DNA from: a virus
Reading direction: 5' to 3' (one strand)
DNA: 63,293 nucleotides
Virus genome (UHGV): UHGV-0247968
Position 1 is the first letter of the stretch, and the number at the start of each line of letters is the position of its first letter. The translations under genes and the position numbers were made by a program. The notes below the pieces were generated by a model. It was not told the origin of the DNA and ran no database searches. It was given only the letters and a program-made list of their open reading frames with translations. Below, in pieces: positions 19,275 to 29,945 of this stretch.

Positions 19275-22200
19275 TCAGCACTTCCGTGCGCGTTTAGTGA
19301 CTTTCTTGACGGCTTCGGCAGTGGTCAAAGAACTGTCTGTCTTGTTGACACTGAAGCCAAGGTCATGTGCCATGGACTTCCAGTTGGACTGGATGTCGGC
19401 AAAATCCTGCGTGTCGATGGACGGCAAGTCCGTATTTTTGCGCAGGTAGTTGAGCGCCTGGACTTCTTTGTTTGTCAGCTTGAGCCTGGGATTCGCTTCC
19501 TTGGTCAACAGGCGCAGGACCTTGCCGTACCCCATGTTGATGTCGAGCTTGGGAGAGTTGAAGGCATCACGCATGACCTGCTCAGGGATTTCACGGATAA
19601 AATCAGTGATGTCTCCCAGAGATACGGGGTCAGCTTCCAACGCTTCCAGATTGGCAGCTTCCTTGGCGGCCACGGCCTGAGCTTTCTCGGCCCGCTGCAT
19701 GGCGTCCAGGATACCGGCTTGTGCCGCTTCCTTCGGGTACTGCTCGATAAGCGGCTGGAGAGCATCACGGGCTTCCTTCGTCGTCGGGGAGGTCAGAGCC
19801 TTCGATGCCTGCGTGAAGTAGTCAGGCACCGGCGGCGTCTCGATGGTCCCCAATACCGCATCCAAGTCCTCATTGATGTAAGGAGATTCGCCTCCGCGCT
19901 GTCTGGCGTACCATCCTAACGTGGAGGTCCCTGTAGAATGTCTGTCACCATGACGATGTATCGGAGCAGCTTTGGATATAGCAAAGAACTTTTCCGCGTC
20001 GTCCAGAGAATCCAACAGGGCTTTGCCCAACATCAGGTCGTCGAAGAGCGCGGCACTGGAGGTCGCGTTCAAATCTACCCAGGAGAAATCCTTTTTCCCG
20101 TAAGGACTTACTCTGCCCCTGCCAGGAGCCTCAGTCCTGGAGCGTTTGTTGCTGCCAGTGTTTGCTGCATCCCCACCATCGCTCTTCCCTGCGCTTCGCG
20201 CAGTCCGACGGCTTCCTGTGCTCTCACCTGTTGTTGCAGGCTGCGCGGCTGCATCGCCAGCACTTCGTTCTCCGTCGGCTGGCGCGGCTTTTCGAGCCCT
20301 CTTGCTGACAATAACTCCCGCATCCGGCGCAGTCGTTCCGGCAGTCTGTGCCGGGGCCCCAGCATCCCCTCGTTTTGCAACCGCCGAACCGCCATCAACA
20401 GCTTGTGCAAGAGCGGCAGCGGTAGCGGTTCCAGCATCGGGCGCGGTACCGGGTTCCCCTGCAACAACAGGAGCAGCACTTTCTGCAACAGGTCGGTTCG
20501 TTGCGTCTTGTCCATCATTTCCCACGACGGCAGCTTGTTTGCTTCGGCTGCCTCTTTTACCGGGTCGTGTCGGTTTTGCACCATTGGTGGTGTCCTCCTG
20601 GGAAAGTTCTGCGGCCAGGCTGGCAGCACTGTCTCGCAGCGTATTCGGCCCAAGCTGCTGCTCGAACCAGGGAGAAAGCTCCGCATAGTTGGCGGGGTTC
20701 AGCTCATCAATACGGGCCCAGACCTGCACGCGTTCAGGTTCCGTCAGACTGTTTCCGAACCGTCCGACATAATCCCGGATAGCCTCGATGTCGGCATTGG
20801 GGAGGAAATCCCCCACGGGCTGCTGCACAGGTTCGGCTTCGGTCTGACGTACCTTCGCGGGTGCGGGTTGCTCCGTTGCATTGGGGGGTTCGGCAGCGAC
20901 ATGTTCGGGCGTGATGAGACGGTCACTGAAAAGGTCGTTGAGGTACGTTTCATCATTGAGACGCTTCGCCAATTCCTGAACGATTTGACGTTCGCGCCGC
21001 GACTTGAAAATATTGTTGAAGCCCGGCATCGAGACACGGCTGTTGATTTCGGTCCTGAGCTGTTCGACGGACATGCCGGTGAATTTCAACAGACCGTTGA
21101 TGTAGTCCCCGATGTAGAGGTCGTTGCGGAATTTTGCATTGGCCTTTGTGTCAGCCTTGTCATTGGGATGTACCGTGGCGAAGTTGTCCGCAGCCGCGCT
21201 CTTGTCGGTGAACATGGCTCGAAGCATACTTGCAACATCATCACTGATGCCGATGTAACGCTTGTTACGCCCCGCGTAAGGTTTGAACGTGGACGAACCC
21301 GCCGTCTTCACTGCGGATGCGTCTGCTACTTCGGTGGCATTGGAGACACCCGCACCATCAGAACCCGACGGACCGATGGGTTCGACAGGAGGTACGGTAG
21401 TATCTGCGGCATCAGCAGGAGGTTGCTCTACGGTCGTCGTCCGTTCGGCAGGACGCCGTGATGTAGCAACCGGAGCGGCATTGAACGGAGCGAACGGCAC
21501 GCCGGTCACAGCGCCAGCGAGAGCAGCATCCATGACATACTCGGACAAGGGCGTAGCAAGACCCGTAGTCTGGTTGAAGACTATGTTCTCACCGAATTGC
21601 TGCCCGGCATTCATCATGGCGCCTTCAAGCATGGAAGCAGGAAGGGCACGCACCGAACGCGCCAAAAGCCCCTGCGATGCGGCATCCGTACCTGCGTTAG
21701 CCAGCCGTTGCATGGTGCCGCCGCCGATACCTCGTTGGGCCAAAGCAGCCGCACCACGAGAGATAGGCGCCAAGGCGCTGCGGGCAAAGACGCCACCAGG
21801 CAGCGCATTCGCAGCAAACCCGGTCAGACCGGCACTGGCAGAGCCCGCCTCGATAGCCTGCGTCTGCTGCTGGTCACTGAGGTTCGGGTCATTCACCACA
21901 CGGCGCGTGTAGCTCCCGACACCCGAAGGCACACCGGCGAGGCCGCCAAGAACAGCACCACCCACGGCCCCGCCAAGGGCCCCGGGAAGACCGAGTGCGG
22001 CGCCCAGAGCGCTACCAGTCTTGGCACCGACGACAGCACCAGCAAGACCGGCGCCAAGGTCGCCGATGGTATCGGCCATAGTATCGAGAGGATTGGTAAC
22101 GACATGCGTGAGCGTACCGAGACGGTCTTCAGCGCGCAGACGTTCCTGCTCCTGCCAGTAGGGGTTGGCAGCGATAGCTTGCTGCCTACGTTCTTCACCG

Positions 22201-22793
22201 CGTTTGGCGATGAGCTTCTTTTCTTCAGCAGAAGCCCCCAGCATATCGAGGTTGTCACCGAAGGTGGAGATACCTTCCTTGACACGGGAGAAGAGCGAAC
22301 CCCAATCGTTATCTTCGATAGCGCGCAACTGCTGCCTTCGTGCCGCTTCGTGTTCGGCCAGACCTTCGCGTATGAGTGCAGCAGCAGGGATTTTGAATGT
22401 CTTCTCAAGGCGGGGGATGTCCTCTTTGCGGATGGATTCGAGGACTTCTGCCTGTCCTTCAGTAGACAGCTCAGGAAGATTGGCAAGTTTCTTGGATACG
22501 ACAGGGTCGTTCGACAAAGCAAACTTCGCCCTGTCATTGGTCATGGCCTCGAAGTTTCGGGTAGCCAGTTTTTCTGTGCCACCATAGACAGGTTCATAGA
22601 TGGGGTTCCCCTGTTCATCGAGACCACGGTAAATGTGATACACCTTACCGGCGCCGCGTCCCCCTCCCGCACCGCCACCACGCTGTCCGCGAGCCATTGC
22701 GGCATACAGCATAGACAAGGACCTCAAGTCCTTCGTGTAGTCGGGGGCTTCGAAAGGACGTATGTTGACAGTGGGGAGGGAAAACTGCGGCAT
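19275..22793 (-). CDS. large virion-associated (internal/ejection-type) protein, 1172 aa, with Gly-rich and Ala/Pro-rich low-complexity segments
   Basis: ATG at 22793 after a GGAG RBS. Contains GGGAGGGRGAG and long GA-rich regions. Confidence 0.45.
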   Translation of the reverse strand: MPQFSLPTVNIRPFEAPDYTKDLRSLSMLYAAMARGQRGGGAGGGRGAGKVYHIYRGLDEQGNPIYEPVYGGTEKLATRNFEAMTNDRAKFALSNDPVVSKKLANLPELSTEGQAEVLESIRKEDIPRLEKTFKIPAAALIREGLAEHEAARRQQLRAIEDNDWGSLFSRVKEGISTFGDNLDMLGASAEEKKLIAKRGEERRQQAIAANPYWQEQERLRAEDRLGTLTHVVTNPLDTMADTIGDLGAGLAGAVVGAKTGSALGAALGLPGALGGAVGGAVLGGLAGVPSGVGSYTRRVVNDPNLSDQQQTQAIEAGSASAGLTGFAANALPGGVFARSALAPISRGAAALAQRGIGGGTMQRLANAGTDAASQGLLARSVRALPASMLEGAMMNAGQQFGENIVFNQTTGLATPLSEYVMDAALAGAVTGVPFAPFNAAPVATSRRPAERTTTVEQPPADAADTTVPPVEPIGPSGSDGAGVSNATEVADASAVKTAGSSTFKPYAGRNKRYIGISDDVASMLRAMFTDKSAAADNFATVHPNDKADTKANAKFRNDLYIGDYINGLLKFTGMSVEQLRTEINSRVSMPGFNNIFKSRRERQIVQELAKRLNDETYLNDLFSDRLITPEHVAAEPPNATEQPAPAKVRQTEAEPVQQPVGDFLPNADIEAIRDYVGRFGNSLTEPERVQVWARIDELNPANYAELSPWFEQQLGPNTLRDSAASLAAELSQEDTTNGAKPTRPGKRGSRSKQAAVVGNDGQDATNRPVAESAAPVVAGEPGTAPDAGTATAAALAQAVDGGSAVAKRGDAGAPAQTAGTTAPDAGVIVSKRARKAAPADGERSAGDAAAQPATTGESTGSRRTARSAGKSDGGDAANTGSNKRSRTEAPGRGRVSPYGKKDFSWVDLNATSSAALFDDLMLGKALLDSLDDAEKFFAISKAAPIHRHGDRHSTGTSTLGWYARQRGGESPYINEDLDAVLGTIETPPVPDYFTQASKALTSPTTKEARDALQPLIEQYPKEAAQAGILDAMQRAEKAQAVAAKEAANLEALEADPVSLGDITDFIREIPEQVMRDAFNSPKLDINMGYGKVLRLLTKEANPRLKLTNKEVQALNYLRKNTDLPSIDTQDFADIQSNWKSMAHDLGFSVNKTDSSLTTAEAVKKVTKRARKC

Positions 22794-22798
22794 GATGT

Positions 22799-23023
22799 TT
22801 ACTCCAGGGTAACGGCTTCGATGATGCGACGCAAATCAGCATCATAAGGAGAGACATCACCAGAGACGACACTTTTGGATGTGCTGTCTTGACCAAGCTC
22901 ACGCAAAGCCGATTCGAGCATGTACATATTCTGGTGGTACTGTTCGTCGTCCATGAACTGCGTCTTATCAACAATAGACGCACCGGATTCAGCACCTTTG
23001 ATGGTATCCAAAAGCATACTCAT
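22799..23023 (-). CDS. small hypothetical protein
   Basis: ORF; its stop overlaps the start of the next gene. Confidence 0.4.
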   Translation of the reverse strand: MSMLLDTIKGAESGASIVDKTQFMDDEQYHQNMYMLESALRELGQDSTSKSVVSGDVSPYDADLRRIIEAVTLE

Positions 23024-23033
23024 GGTCTAGTCC

Positions 23034-24005
23034 TTACTGTGCCACCGTGGGCGTAGCCTGCTGCGGCTGCCGGATGTAGTCCTTACCGGACAGGAGAGCG
23101 GCGAGCAGGGCAGGCAACTGCATGTAGGCCGGGAGCTGGTCGATGTCAGCCGCCACACGTCCCAGGGTGGCAGCAGAGGAATTGGGGTCATAGGTGGGCC
23201 CGAGCCGCTGGCCGAGTTCCTGCGCAGAGGGGAAGCCGCCAAGCACCTGCGCCGTGCGCGGGTCTCCGGCAAGGGCCATGGCCTGCGACATGATTTCACC
23301 TTCATCATAGGACATGTCGATAGGACGGTCAGGATACACCACCGTCTCGACAGGTGCGGGCTGTGCGGCAGCCGGAGCCGTGGCGCGCACTTCCTCTTTG
23401 AGCGGGAAGGGACCTTCCCCGGAGAGTTTGAGGCCGCGACGCTGGACGGGAGCGGCAGGTGCGGCAGGGGCGGCAGGCCGGGCGGGGGCAGCGGGCACGG
23501 CACGGCGTGCCGGAACAGTCGCCTGCTGGAGAGCAGGACCGACAGGCACCTGCATGAAAGGGGCCAGACCAGGCAGTTCACGCATCATGGGGTCCACGAC
23601 GGCCCCGTTCAGCACATGGGGATACTGCGACGGGAACCCGACCAACGGCTGGACGCCGACGTTGCCGTAGGGGTCCATGGTGGTACGGAATGCCGCCGTG
23701 GCATAGGGATTGCGCTGATATACCACGGGGGGCATCCCCGCCGCCTCATATCCCGCACGGGCACCAGGGGCGGAGTAGTGTGCGCCGGACGACTGCGTGG
23801 CGACCATGCCGGGCACAGGGGCGGCAACATACCCGCCGACAGGCTGCGCGGCCTGCGCGACGCTGTTGGCGAGCTGCATGGCGGGATGGTCGGCAGGAAG
23901 GTACCATTCCTGCGCTCCCAGGACGTTGTTGAGATGTTCTTCGGAGATAGCCTGTGCGCGGGCTTCCGCCAGGGCGCGAGCGACAGCAGGGTCAACAGTA
24001 GGCAT
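23034..24005 (-). CDS. hypothetical structural protein, Pro/Ala-rich
   Basis: ORF. Contains PAAPARPAAPAAPAAPV. Confidence 0.4.
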   Translation of the reverse strand: MPTVDPAVARALAEARAQAISEEHLNNVLGAQEWYLPADHPAMQLANSVAQAAQPVGGYVAAPVPGMVATQSSGAHYSAPGARAGYEAAGMPPVVYQRNPYATAAFRTTMDPYGNVGVQPLVGFPSQYPHVLNGAVVDPMMRELPGLAPFMQVPVGPALQQATVPARRAVPAAPARPAAPAAPAAPVQRRGLKLSGEGPFPLKEEVRATAPAAAQPAPVETVVYPDRPIDMSYDEGEIMSQAMALAGDPRTAQVLGGFPSAQELGQRLGPTYDPNSSAATLGRVAADIDQLPAYMQLPALLAALLSGKDYIRQPQQATPTVAQ

Positions 24006-24016
24006 AACAGGACTCC

Positions 24017-24493
24017 TTACATGGAAGAGGGATTAGTCTGCGAGGGGACCGCACCGCCGCCGAGACCGCCGCCGAGCAGAGCGCGATACAATGCGATGTC
24101 CATAGGATTCAACCCGCCACCGGCAGCCCCGGCCAACATGCCGGGCATCTGCCGGTACATCCCGGCGAGCATCTGCTGTTCGAGCTGCGCGTTTTGCGGG
24201 GCATACAGACTGGCGTAGTAGTTGCGGGCCATGAGGGCCGGATGCAGTATCCAGTTCTGCGCCGTGGTCATGCGATTGTTCAGTACGCCAAGCCCAGAAT
24301 TGCGTGCGGCGTCATAGACGATTTGCATTCGGGGATTGAACGTCTGTTCGGTGAAGGCGTTCTCCAGTTGACCTGCCTGCACCTTGTTGTACTGGTTCAG
24401 GTCGTTCCAGTTGTCTTGCACGGCCATCCGTTCCCCTTCGACGAAACCTGGAAGAGCGCGTCCGATGGCGGCGAAAAGATTACCAAAGTCCAT
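24017..24493 (-). CDS. hypothetical structural protein
   Basis: ORF. Confidence 0.4.
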   Translation of the reverse strand: MDFGNLFAAIGRALPGFVEGERMAVQDNWNDLNQYNKVQAGQLENAFTEQTFNPRMQIVYDAARNSGLGVLNNRMTTAQNWILHPALMARNYYASLYAPQNAQLEQQMLAGMYRQMPGMLAGAAGGGLNPMDIALYRALLGGGLGGGAVPSQTNPSSM

Positions 24494-24504
24494 GTGTCAT
24501 GCTC

Positions 24505-25419
24505 CTATATAGCGAGACCGCCACCCGGGGCGGCGGGGTTCGTGGCACCGGCAGCGAGTGAGACGATGCCTCCGTTACCGGCTTGTCCGTTAGTACCCAG
24601 ATAGGTCGTAGGGTATACGGTATCGAATCTGGCACCGTAATACCCCAACGCCATGCCGATACTTCCAAACGCCTTGTTGGCGATACCTGACACATCATTC
24701 ATCAGAGAACGTGCCACATCACCATATTTCATCGCCATGGAACCAAGGTTTCGACCCAGATTGAGTACATTACCTCTACGGTTCCAGCGCTGGTCGTTCT
24801 TGAAGTCCACGAACCATGTGTCGTCACGCAGGTTGTAGTTTTCCGTATCCACCAGCATCAGACTGCGACCAAAAGACATCCGCGCCATCATGGACGGGTC
24901 GATGCACAACCGTTCGGCCTTGGCCCTGCGGGAGAGAAATGTCCCGACAGTATCGTAGGCACTGTTGACGGCATCTTCCGCCCGAGCCCGGTCATCGAGA
25001 CAATCCATCTCCGCTATGGGTGCGGTGGAGACTTCTTGCAGCAGTTTCTCTTCAAGCGGACGATACCTTTTATCGAACCTGTCCCACTTGTATTTTGCCT
25101 GCTGATAGTAGCCTTCAGCGAGGTCCTGCTGCTTGTCTGCTATCTGCCCCTGGATGGTGGCGTTCAGGGTGGCAATGGCTATCTGCGCTGCCTTGAAGAA
25201 ATTGGACCAGGCGTTTTCGCCAACAGGACCGTATTCCGGTGCGGCCCAGTGACAAAACCTGAGCGTGTCGAGGACACCAGAAGAACCACCATGGCCTGCT
25301 CCATGTAATGTCCTGTCTATCTTGTCGCCTGCGCCGTCGATGCTTTTGGAGACCTTGCTCGACGCCTGATTGATGGCATTGGCTACGGCTTGGGGATTGG
25401 CACAAGTGCATTCAGCCAT
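24505..25419 (-). CDS. hypothetical virion protein (paralog of 25426..26157)
   Basis: Shares the C-terminal motif ...VYPTTYLGTNGQ with the neighbouring gene (...YYPTTYLAGNVVTQQ). Confidence 0.4.
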   Translation of the reverse strand: MAECTCANPQAVANAINQASSKVSKSIDGAGDKIDRTLHGAGHGGSSGVLDTLRFCHWAAPEYGPVGENAWSNFFKAAQIAIATLNATIQGQIADKQQDLAEGYYQQAKYKWDRFDKRYRPLEEKLLQEVSTAPIAEMDCLDDRARAEDAVNSAYDTVGTFLSRRAKAERLCIDPSMMARMSFGRSLMLVDTENYNLRDDTWFVDFKNDQRWNRRGNVLNLGRNLGSMAMKYGDVARSLMNDVSGIANKAFGSIGMALGYYGARFDTVYPTTYLGTNGQAGNGGIVSLAAGATNPAAPGGGLAI

Positions 25420-25425
25420 AGGTTA

Positions 25426-26157
25426 CTACCCTCCTTTGGGCGCTTCGCGAGCAGGCTGCTGCGTAACGACATTACCAGCAAGATACGTCGTGGGATAGTA
25501 TGTCGGGTTGCGATTGAGCTCATAACCAAGATACTTGCCAGCGCCTACAAGGCCCTGCCATGTCTGGTCAAGGAGGTCTCCATAGATGCCCGCTGATGCG
25601 GCACCGAGAGACACCACGTCTGTGATGATGTCACGCCCACGCTTCGCCGTATTCAGCATCTTCTCGAACCGCACGTCGTTGCGCGTCTCGACATAGGCGC
25701 GCTCGTTACGATACCCCAGACCATCCGCCATAGCCACAGCATCCGCCTGAGCCATCATCACCTGTGTGAGTATGTCTCCACGCAGACCGGTGCAGTACCG
25801 GCTCAGGCAGCGCATGGGTTTACGCAGCTTGCCCTGGAACTCTATCCATGCGCTCGTTCTGGCCCTCCCCCGTGCTATATCATACAAGGGTTCCGCCACT
25901 TCCAGATGCATGGCTTCGTTTATCTCCTGGTCTTCGACAGGGGCGTAGGCATTCTGGTAGTAGTCCATCCAGTTCTGGGCTATCCGCCAGTATTTCTTTG
26001 CCATCTCCCATTCTTGGACGGCGATGTCGTATGCCTTGTAGGCACTTATGGTCGCGGCAGCCAGAGCGGCAGCGGACAAGATTTCCCCAAAAAGGCTACG
26101 CTCAGAATCGTTTACGCCTCGTTTGGGGTTACATTCGGTATCGTTTGCCATGACCAT
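25426..26157 (-). CDS. hypothetical virion protein (paralog of 24505..25419)
   Basis: See the 24505..25419 entry. Confidence 0.4.
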   Translation of the reverse strand: MVMANDTECNPKRGVNDSERSLFGEILSAAALAAATISAYKAYDIAVQEWEMAKKYWRIAQNWMDYYQNAYAPVEDQEINEAMHLEVAEPLYDIARGRARTSAWIEFQGKLRKPMRCLSRYCTGLRGDILTQVMMAQADAVAMADGLGYRNERAYVETRNDVRFEKMLNTAKRGRDIITDVVSLGAASAGIYGDLLDQTWQGLVGAGKYLGYELNRNPTYYPTTYLAGNVVTQQPAREAPKGG

Positions 26158-26172
26158 AAGTCAAACCTTCTT

Positions 26173-26643
26173 CTAGCTGTTGGTGTAGCGAATCTGCGTG
26201 GTGCGCGAAGCCTCGCGCCAACGGATGCTCAGATTGGGGGCATGTTCGTGTTCGCCCAGAGAAATCCAGACCTCATCGCAACCCATGAAACGCACGGCAT
26301 TTTCCATATAGCGGAACAGTTCCGCTTCACACAGCTTGTCTCCGCCAGCGTACCAGTCTTCGATTTGGAACACCTGCGAGTTGTACGCCAGCGGGCGGAA
26401 CGGGATACCGATGAGGTACCCGACGGGCTTGTCGTTCTCATCCCAGGCCATGAAAATCTTCAGCGCCTTGGTGAACCAGAGCTGTGCAAACGTCTGCACG
26501 TTCATGTCGAACGGCTTGCCGTAGACGTGCTGCTTTTCGTTGACCCAGGACGCCGTGTAAAGCGGAGCGAACTCTCGCGTCAAATCGTCCAGGGCGATGT
26601 TGATGTCCTTGTTGGGTTCCAGAATGTCGATACGATAGTCCAT
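26173..26643 (-). CDS. hypothetical protein
   Basis: ORF. Weak GNAT-like hydrophobic pattern but no Q/RxxGxG/A motif. Confidence 0.35.
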   Translation of the reverse strand: MDYRIDILEPNKDINIALDDLTREFAPLYTASWVNEKQHVYGKPFDMNVQTFAQLWFTKALKIFMAWDENDKPVGYLIGIPFRPLAYNSQVFQIEDWYAGGDKLCEAELFRYMENAVRFMGCDEVWISLGEHEHAPNLSIRWREASRTTQIRYTNS

Positions 26644-26658
26644 GGTGTCGTTCTCCTG

Positions 26659-28338
26659 TTAGCGCCCGTCGTTGACGGTGAAATGTGCTGTGCCGATGTC
26701 GATGAAGTCCACGGGCTCGACTCCAGACAGCGTCACGGTATACCAGAGATGCCGTCCCATACGTTGGATACGCACAGGTTTTTCTTCCCTGACCATCCTG
26801 TCCAGCATGACAGTATCATGCGGATTTTTGATGCGCACGTCTACAGGCCCGCCCCCGACTTTGCAAGATACCGGTGCCCATGCTGCACCTCGCGCCGGCC
26901 CCGCGTTGTCGAGGGAGTTCTGCCCGACGGCATCTCCGCCCGCTGTGAGCGGCCTGCTGCGCCAGATATAAGGTCGGTATTGTGCCGCGCTGTCCCAGCC
27001 CCAGACCTTGTCATTTTCCAGCAGCAGGAGCTTGCCTGTGTTCGATGTGAGACATGCGACCGGTCTGTCGGACAATGTGACAAGCTCGGCACCTTTCATA
27101 TCGCCGAAGGGGTCGCTGTCAATATCCAGCATGAACGTCACCATATCCGTAGCGAAAAAGAGGAAACCTTCCCAGTACGCCATGCGGATGGTATCTGGTT
27201 TGATGCGTTGCCAGTCTCGTTCACCAAACCATTTCTTCGTGATGACATGCCAGGCGCCGGTACCGGTGAGCAGGACAAGACCCATCGTGGATGCATAGAT
27301 GAATCCGTGACGGGTCATCACAGCAGCATTGGCATAGCGACAGCCGATGTCAGGCAACGGCGTGTCGATGCTGATGACCGGGGTGCATTTGGTATCATCA
27401 CAGCTCGATATGTCGATGATGTACGGGGAACCATCGGTGGTGATATAGAGCTTGAAATCCTGCTCCCCCATGTGGATGATGTTATGGTCCAGAGTAAGGT
27501 CGTACTTCGCGGGCCAATTGTGCGGCTGAAAAACTTCCGACAGGAAGACCTTGTTGTTTCTCCACCCGGCAAGCCGGATGCTGTCCCGGACAGAGACCAC
27601 ACCTTGCATCCTGTCAGGCGGCATACGGTCTTCCTGGGTCTCCAGTGCGGCGCCGAGATAGGCTGTCTCAGTCGTATCAATGAAGGAAGACATCCCGACA
27701 GGCAGGGCAGCGACGAACAAGAACGCTGTCAACTTCTTCTGCACCTTACCGTCTGCCGGTCTGAAACCGGTGGCGGCTCTGTAGAGGTACACCCACTTGA
27801 TGCCGTAACCTTCGGGCGGGTTGACTATCCCCGAAACCGTCACACCACTACCATCTTCGACCCGCACGATATTGCTGGCCGGGGACGGAGCGCTCTCTTC
27901 CATCCGGGCATTGACGTAGGTGTAGACATAGGACCGGGCGTCGGCTTCACGACTGCACTGCTCCGGTGCAGAGGCCACAGGCGGATACATCGGTGCCGGT
28001 ACGCCAGCATAGTAGTACACAGGCTGGCAGGAACGGTAGTTGGAGAGTTCCACGACTTCGAGCCCATGTCCTTCGCGTCCTGTGATATAGAACGACAGGT
28101 GGTCAGGATTGAGGTCGGCGGCCATGACTTTATCTGCCCATGACACCATGCAGCAGCCGTGCATATGGAACGACCGCGCATTCTCGACAGTATCATACAG
28201 GGGGAGCTTTTCACGCCACGCTTCCAGGCGACCATTACGCAGCAGTGCGTCGTGGGCCATGGTCGCCTGGGTCGGCGCCAGCGAATGGTCAGACAATCGC
28301 GGGATGATACCGCCGAAACTGGAGAGGGTGATATTCAT
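26659..28338 (-). CDS. tail structural protein
   Basis: 559-aa ORF in the tail module upstream of the internal proteins. Confidence 0.4.
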   Translation of the reverse strand: MNITLSSFGGIIPRLSDHSLAPTQATMAHDALLRNGRLEAWREKLPLYDTVENARSFHMHGCCMVSWADKVMAADLNPDHLSFYITGREGHGLEVVELSNYRSCQPVYYYAGVPAPMYPPVASAPEQCSREADARSYVYTYVNARMEESAPSPASNIVRVEDGSGVTVSGIVNPPEGYGIKWVYLYRAATGFRPADGKVQKKLTAFLFVAALPVGMSSFIDTTETAYLGAALETQEDRMPPDRMQGVVSVRDSIRLAGWRNNKVFLSEVFQPHNWPAKYDLTLDHNIIHMGEQDFKLYITTDGSPYIIDISSCDDTKCTPVISIDTPLPDIGCRYANAAVMTRHGFIYASTMGLVLLTGTGAWHVITKKWFGERDWQRIKPDTIRMAYWEGFLFFATDMVTFMLDIDSDPFGDMKGAELVTLSDRPVACLTSNTGKLLLLENDKVWGWDSAAQYRPYIWRSRPLTAGGDAVGQNSLDNAGPARGAAWAPVSCKVGGGPVDVRIKNPHDTVMLDRMVREEKPVRIQRMGRHLWYTVTLSGVEPVDFIDIGTAHFTVNDGR

Positions 28339-28341
28339 GGG

Positions 28342-29685
28342 TCAGTCCCAGAGTTCTTCAGCTTTGTACTTGTTGACAGAGTCTACGCCGCCAGCAGGGC
28401 GTATATGGAGACTCACCGGATACCCGGAAGGGAACCCGGAATCCGAATGCAGGATGAGTTCATGCTCCCCTGCCATCCACACACCGGCGGGCTGCACACG
28501 CGCAAGGACGGTGGACGAAAAGTCGAGCGTGGTCTTGGCTGTATGCGGGTCATCGGTCCCACTCACAATAGTCTCAGCCGTGGCCGTGGTGCTGCACCGC
28601 AGGATGTTGGACTGAGGCGTACCATCGAGCCGGACCTGGAGCTGCGAAATCCATTCTCTGGTCGCGACGGTCAAGATGTCGATGACGATGGGCACGGCAG
28701 TGCGCAAGGTGAAACCGATGACCTGCCGCACGATGTCTCCAGCAGGGGCAGGGAGCAGAGTATGGATGGCATCAGGGCGTTGCGTATCTTCGATAGCCAC
28801 CACAGAGCCAAGTGCGTTCAGCTCCACGTTGAAAGGTCCAAAAGCATATGTCTGCGCTTGGACGTTGATACTCCGCGTCAGGTTGAAAATACGGTTCTTG
28901 AGGTCGAGCTGGATGTCATAACCACCGAGCTGGTAGATACCTTCCAGCGCATTCGCCGGTTTGCTCAGAGAGACCGTAGCGATTCCGGTCTTGTTGTCAG
29001 TGGATACGTCTATGCCGTCACCAGGAACGAGGGCATTCACCGTGTCAGACGTAGTCGGTTCCGTGTATTCCACCAAATGACCGTATTGGTCGAAGCGCAT
29101 ACCATTCACGGTGGTGTTGAGACCACCGGTCTTGTGCGCAATGACCAGAGCATCGTCGGCAGTCCCGGCGCCGGTGACGGTCACACCGCTGTTCCCCGCC
29201 ACGACGCGCAAAGTCTCGGCAGAGATATTGGCCCTGATGCGGTAGGGGTCGGAAGTGGTGCCGCTGCCACTGACGGCGATGCCATCCTCGCCTTTGATGG
29301 TGCACCGCACCAGAGGACGCCCGGAAGCATCGCAGGTATAGAGATTACCGGCCAGCGTAGAAGCGTCACATATGGAAACATCTTCACCGGACGATGCACA
29401 ATCGACAGGAACTTCCGTACAGGACGGAGGCACATACAGCGCCACGTCAGCTTTCTCCAGACCAACGATACATCCGTCGGCTATGATGATGCGGTCGTAG
29501 ATACCATCAGGCGGCGGCGTTCCGGGCTGCATCTTCAGGCAACCGTTCTCTTGCCACAAACGTCCTCCCCAGGGGAGACACAACGAAAAATCAGGGCAAC
29601 GAGACGGAGCCTTCGATTCCTGGAGGATATTTCCATCGCAATCGAATGACATACGGGGGGAACATTTATCTTTCATCAGTGTCAC
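28342..29685 (-). CDS. tail structural protein
   Basis: 447-aa ORF. Confidence 0.4.
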   Translation of the reverse strand: MTLMKDKCSPRMSFDCDGNILQESKAPSRCPDFSLCLPWGGRLWQENGCLKMQPGTPPPDGIYDRIIIADGCIVGLEKADVALYVPPSCTEVPVDCASSGEDVSICDASTLAGNLYTCDASGRPLVRCTIKGEDGIAVSGSGTTSDPYRIRANISAETLRVVAGNSGVTVTGAGTADDALVIAHKTGGLNTTVNGMRFDQYGHLVEYTEPTTSDTVNALVPGDGIDVSTDNKTGIATVSLSKPANALEGIYQLGGYDIQLDLKNRIFNLTRSINVQAQTYAFGPFNVELNALGSVVAIEDTQRPDAIHTLLPAPAGDIVRQVIGFTLRTAVPIVIDILTVATREWISQLQVRLDGTPQSNILRCSTTATAETIVSGTDDPHTAKTTLDFSSTVLARVQPAGVWMAGEHELILHSDSGFPSGYPVSLHIRPAGGVDSVNKYKAEELWD

Positions 29686-29731
29686 CTCTGTTGAAAGTGA
29701 TACCGCATCCGTACTTAAAAGAAAAGAGCGC

Positions 29732-29760
29732 TTGACTTTACGGAGGCGCTGCGGTTAAAT
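29732..29760 (+). promoter_or_regulatory. sigma70-like promoter TTGACT-17-TTAAAT on the strand opposite to the flanking genes
   Basis: Coordinates anchored to ORF 29759. The -10 element overlaps the ATG of the 71-aa ORF 29759..29974, so that ORF would not be translated from this transcript. Confidence 0.4.
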
Positions 29761-29766
29761 GGGCTT

Positions 29767-29940
29767 CGACGACAGAGATGCCGGACGGGCTGATGAACAT
29801 GGTGCTGTTCTCCGCCGACGTGGTGAGACTCCGGTCTCACCACGTCACACATCTCTTGGTACGCTCGGCCATGTGCGCGTTATGAGCTTGCGGAAAGGCC
29901 CCCGTTTCCTGATGGGAACGGGGGCCTTCGTGTTTTTGTC
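29767..29940 (+). ncRNA. candidate small RNA (~170 nt) in the intergenic gap between two - strand tail genes
   Basis: The promoter above is followed by a perfect 13-bp hairpin gacgtggtgagac-tccg-gtctcaccacgtc (29817-29846). An intrinsic terminator ggcccccgtt...aacgggggcc + ttcgtgttttt (29897-29940) is oriented for the + strand. Confidence 0.4.
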
Positions 29941-29945
29941 TGGGG

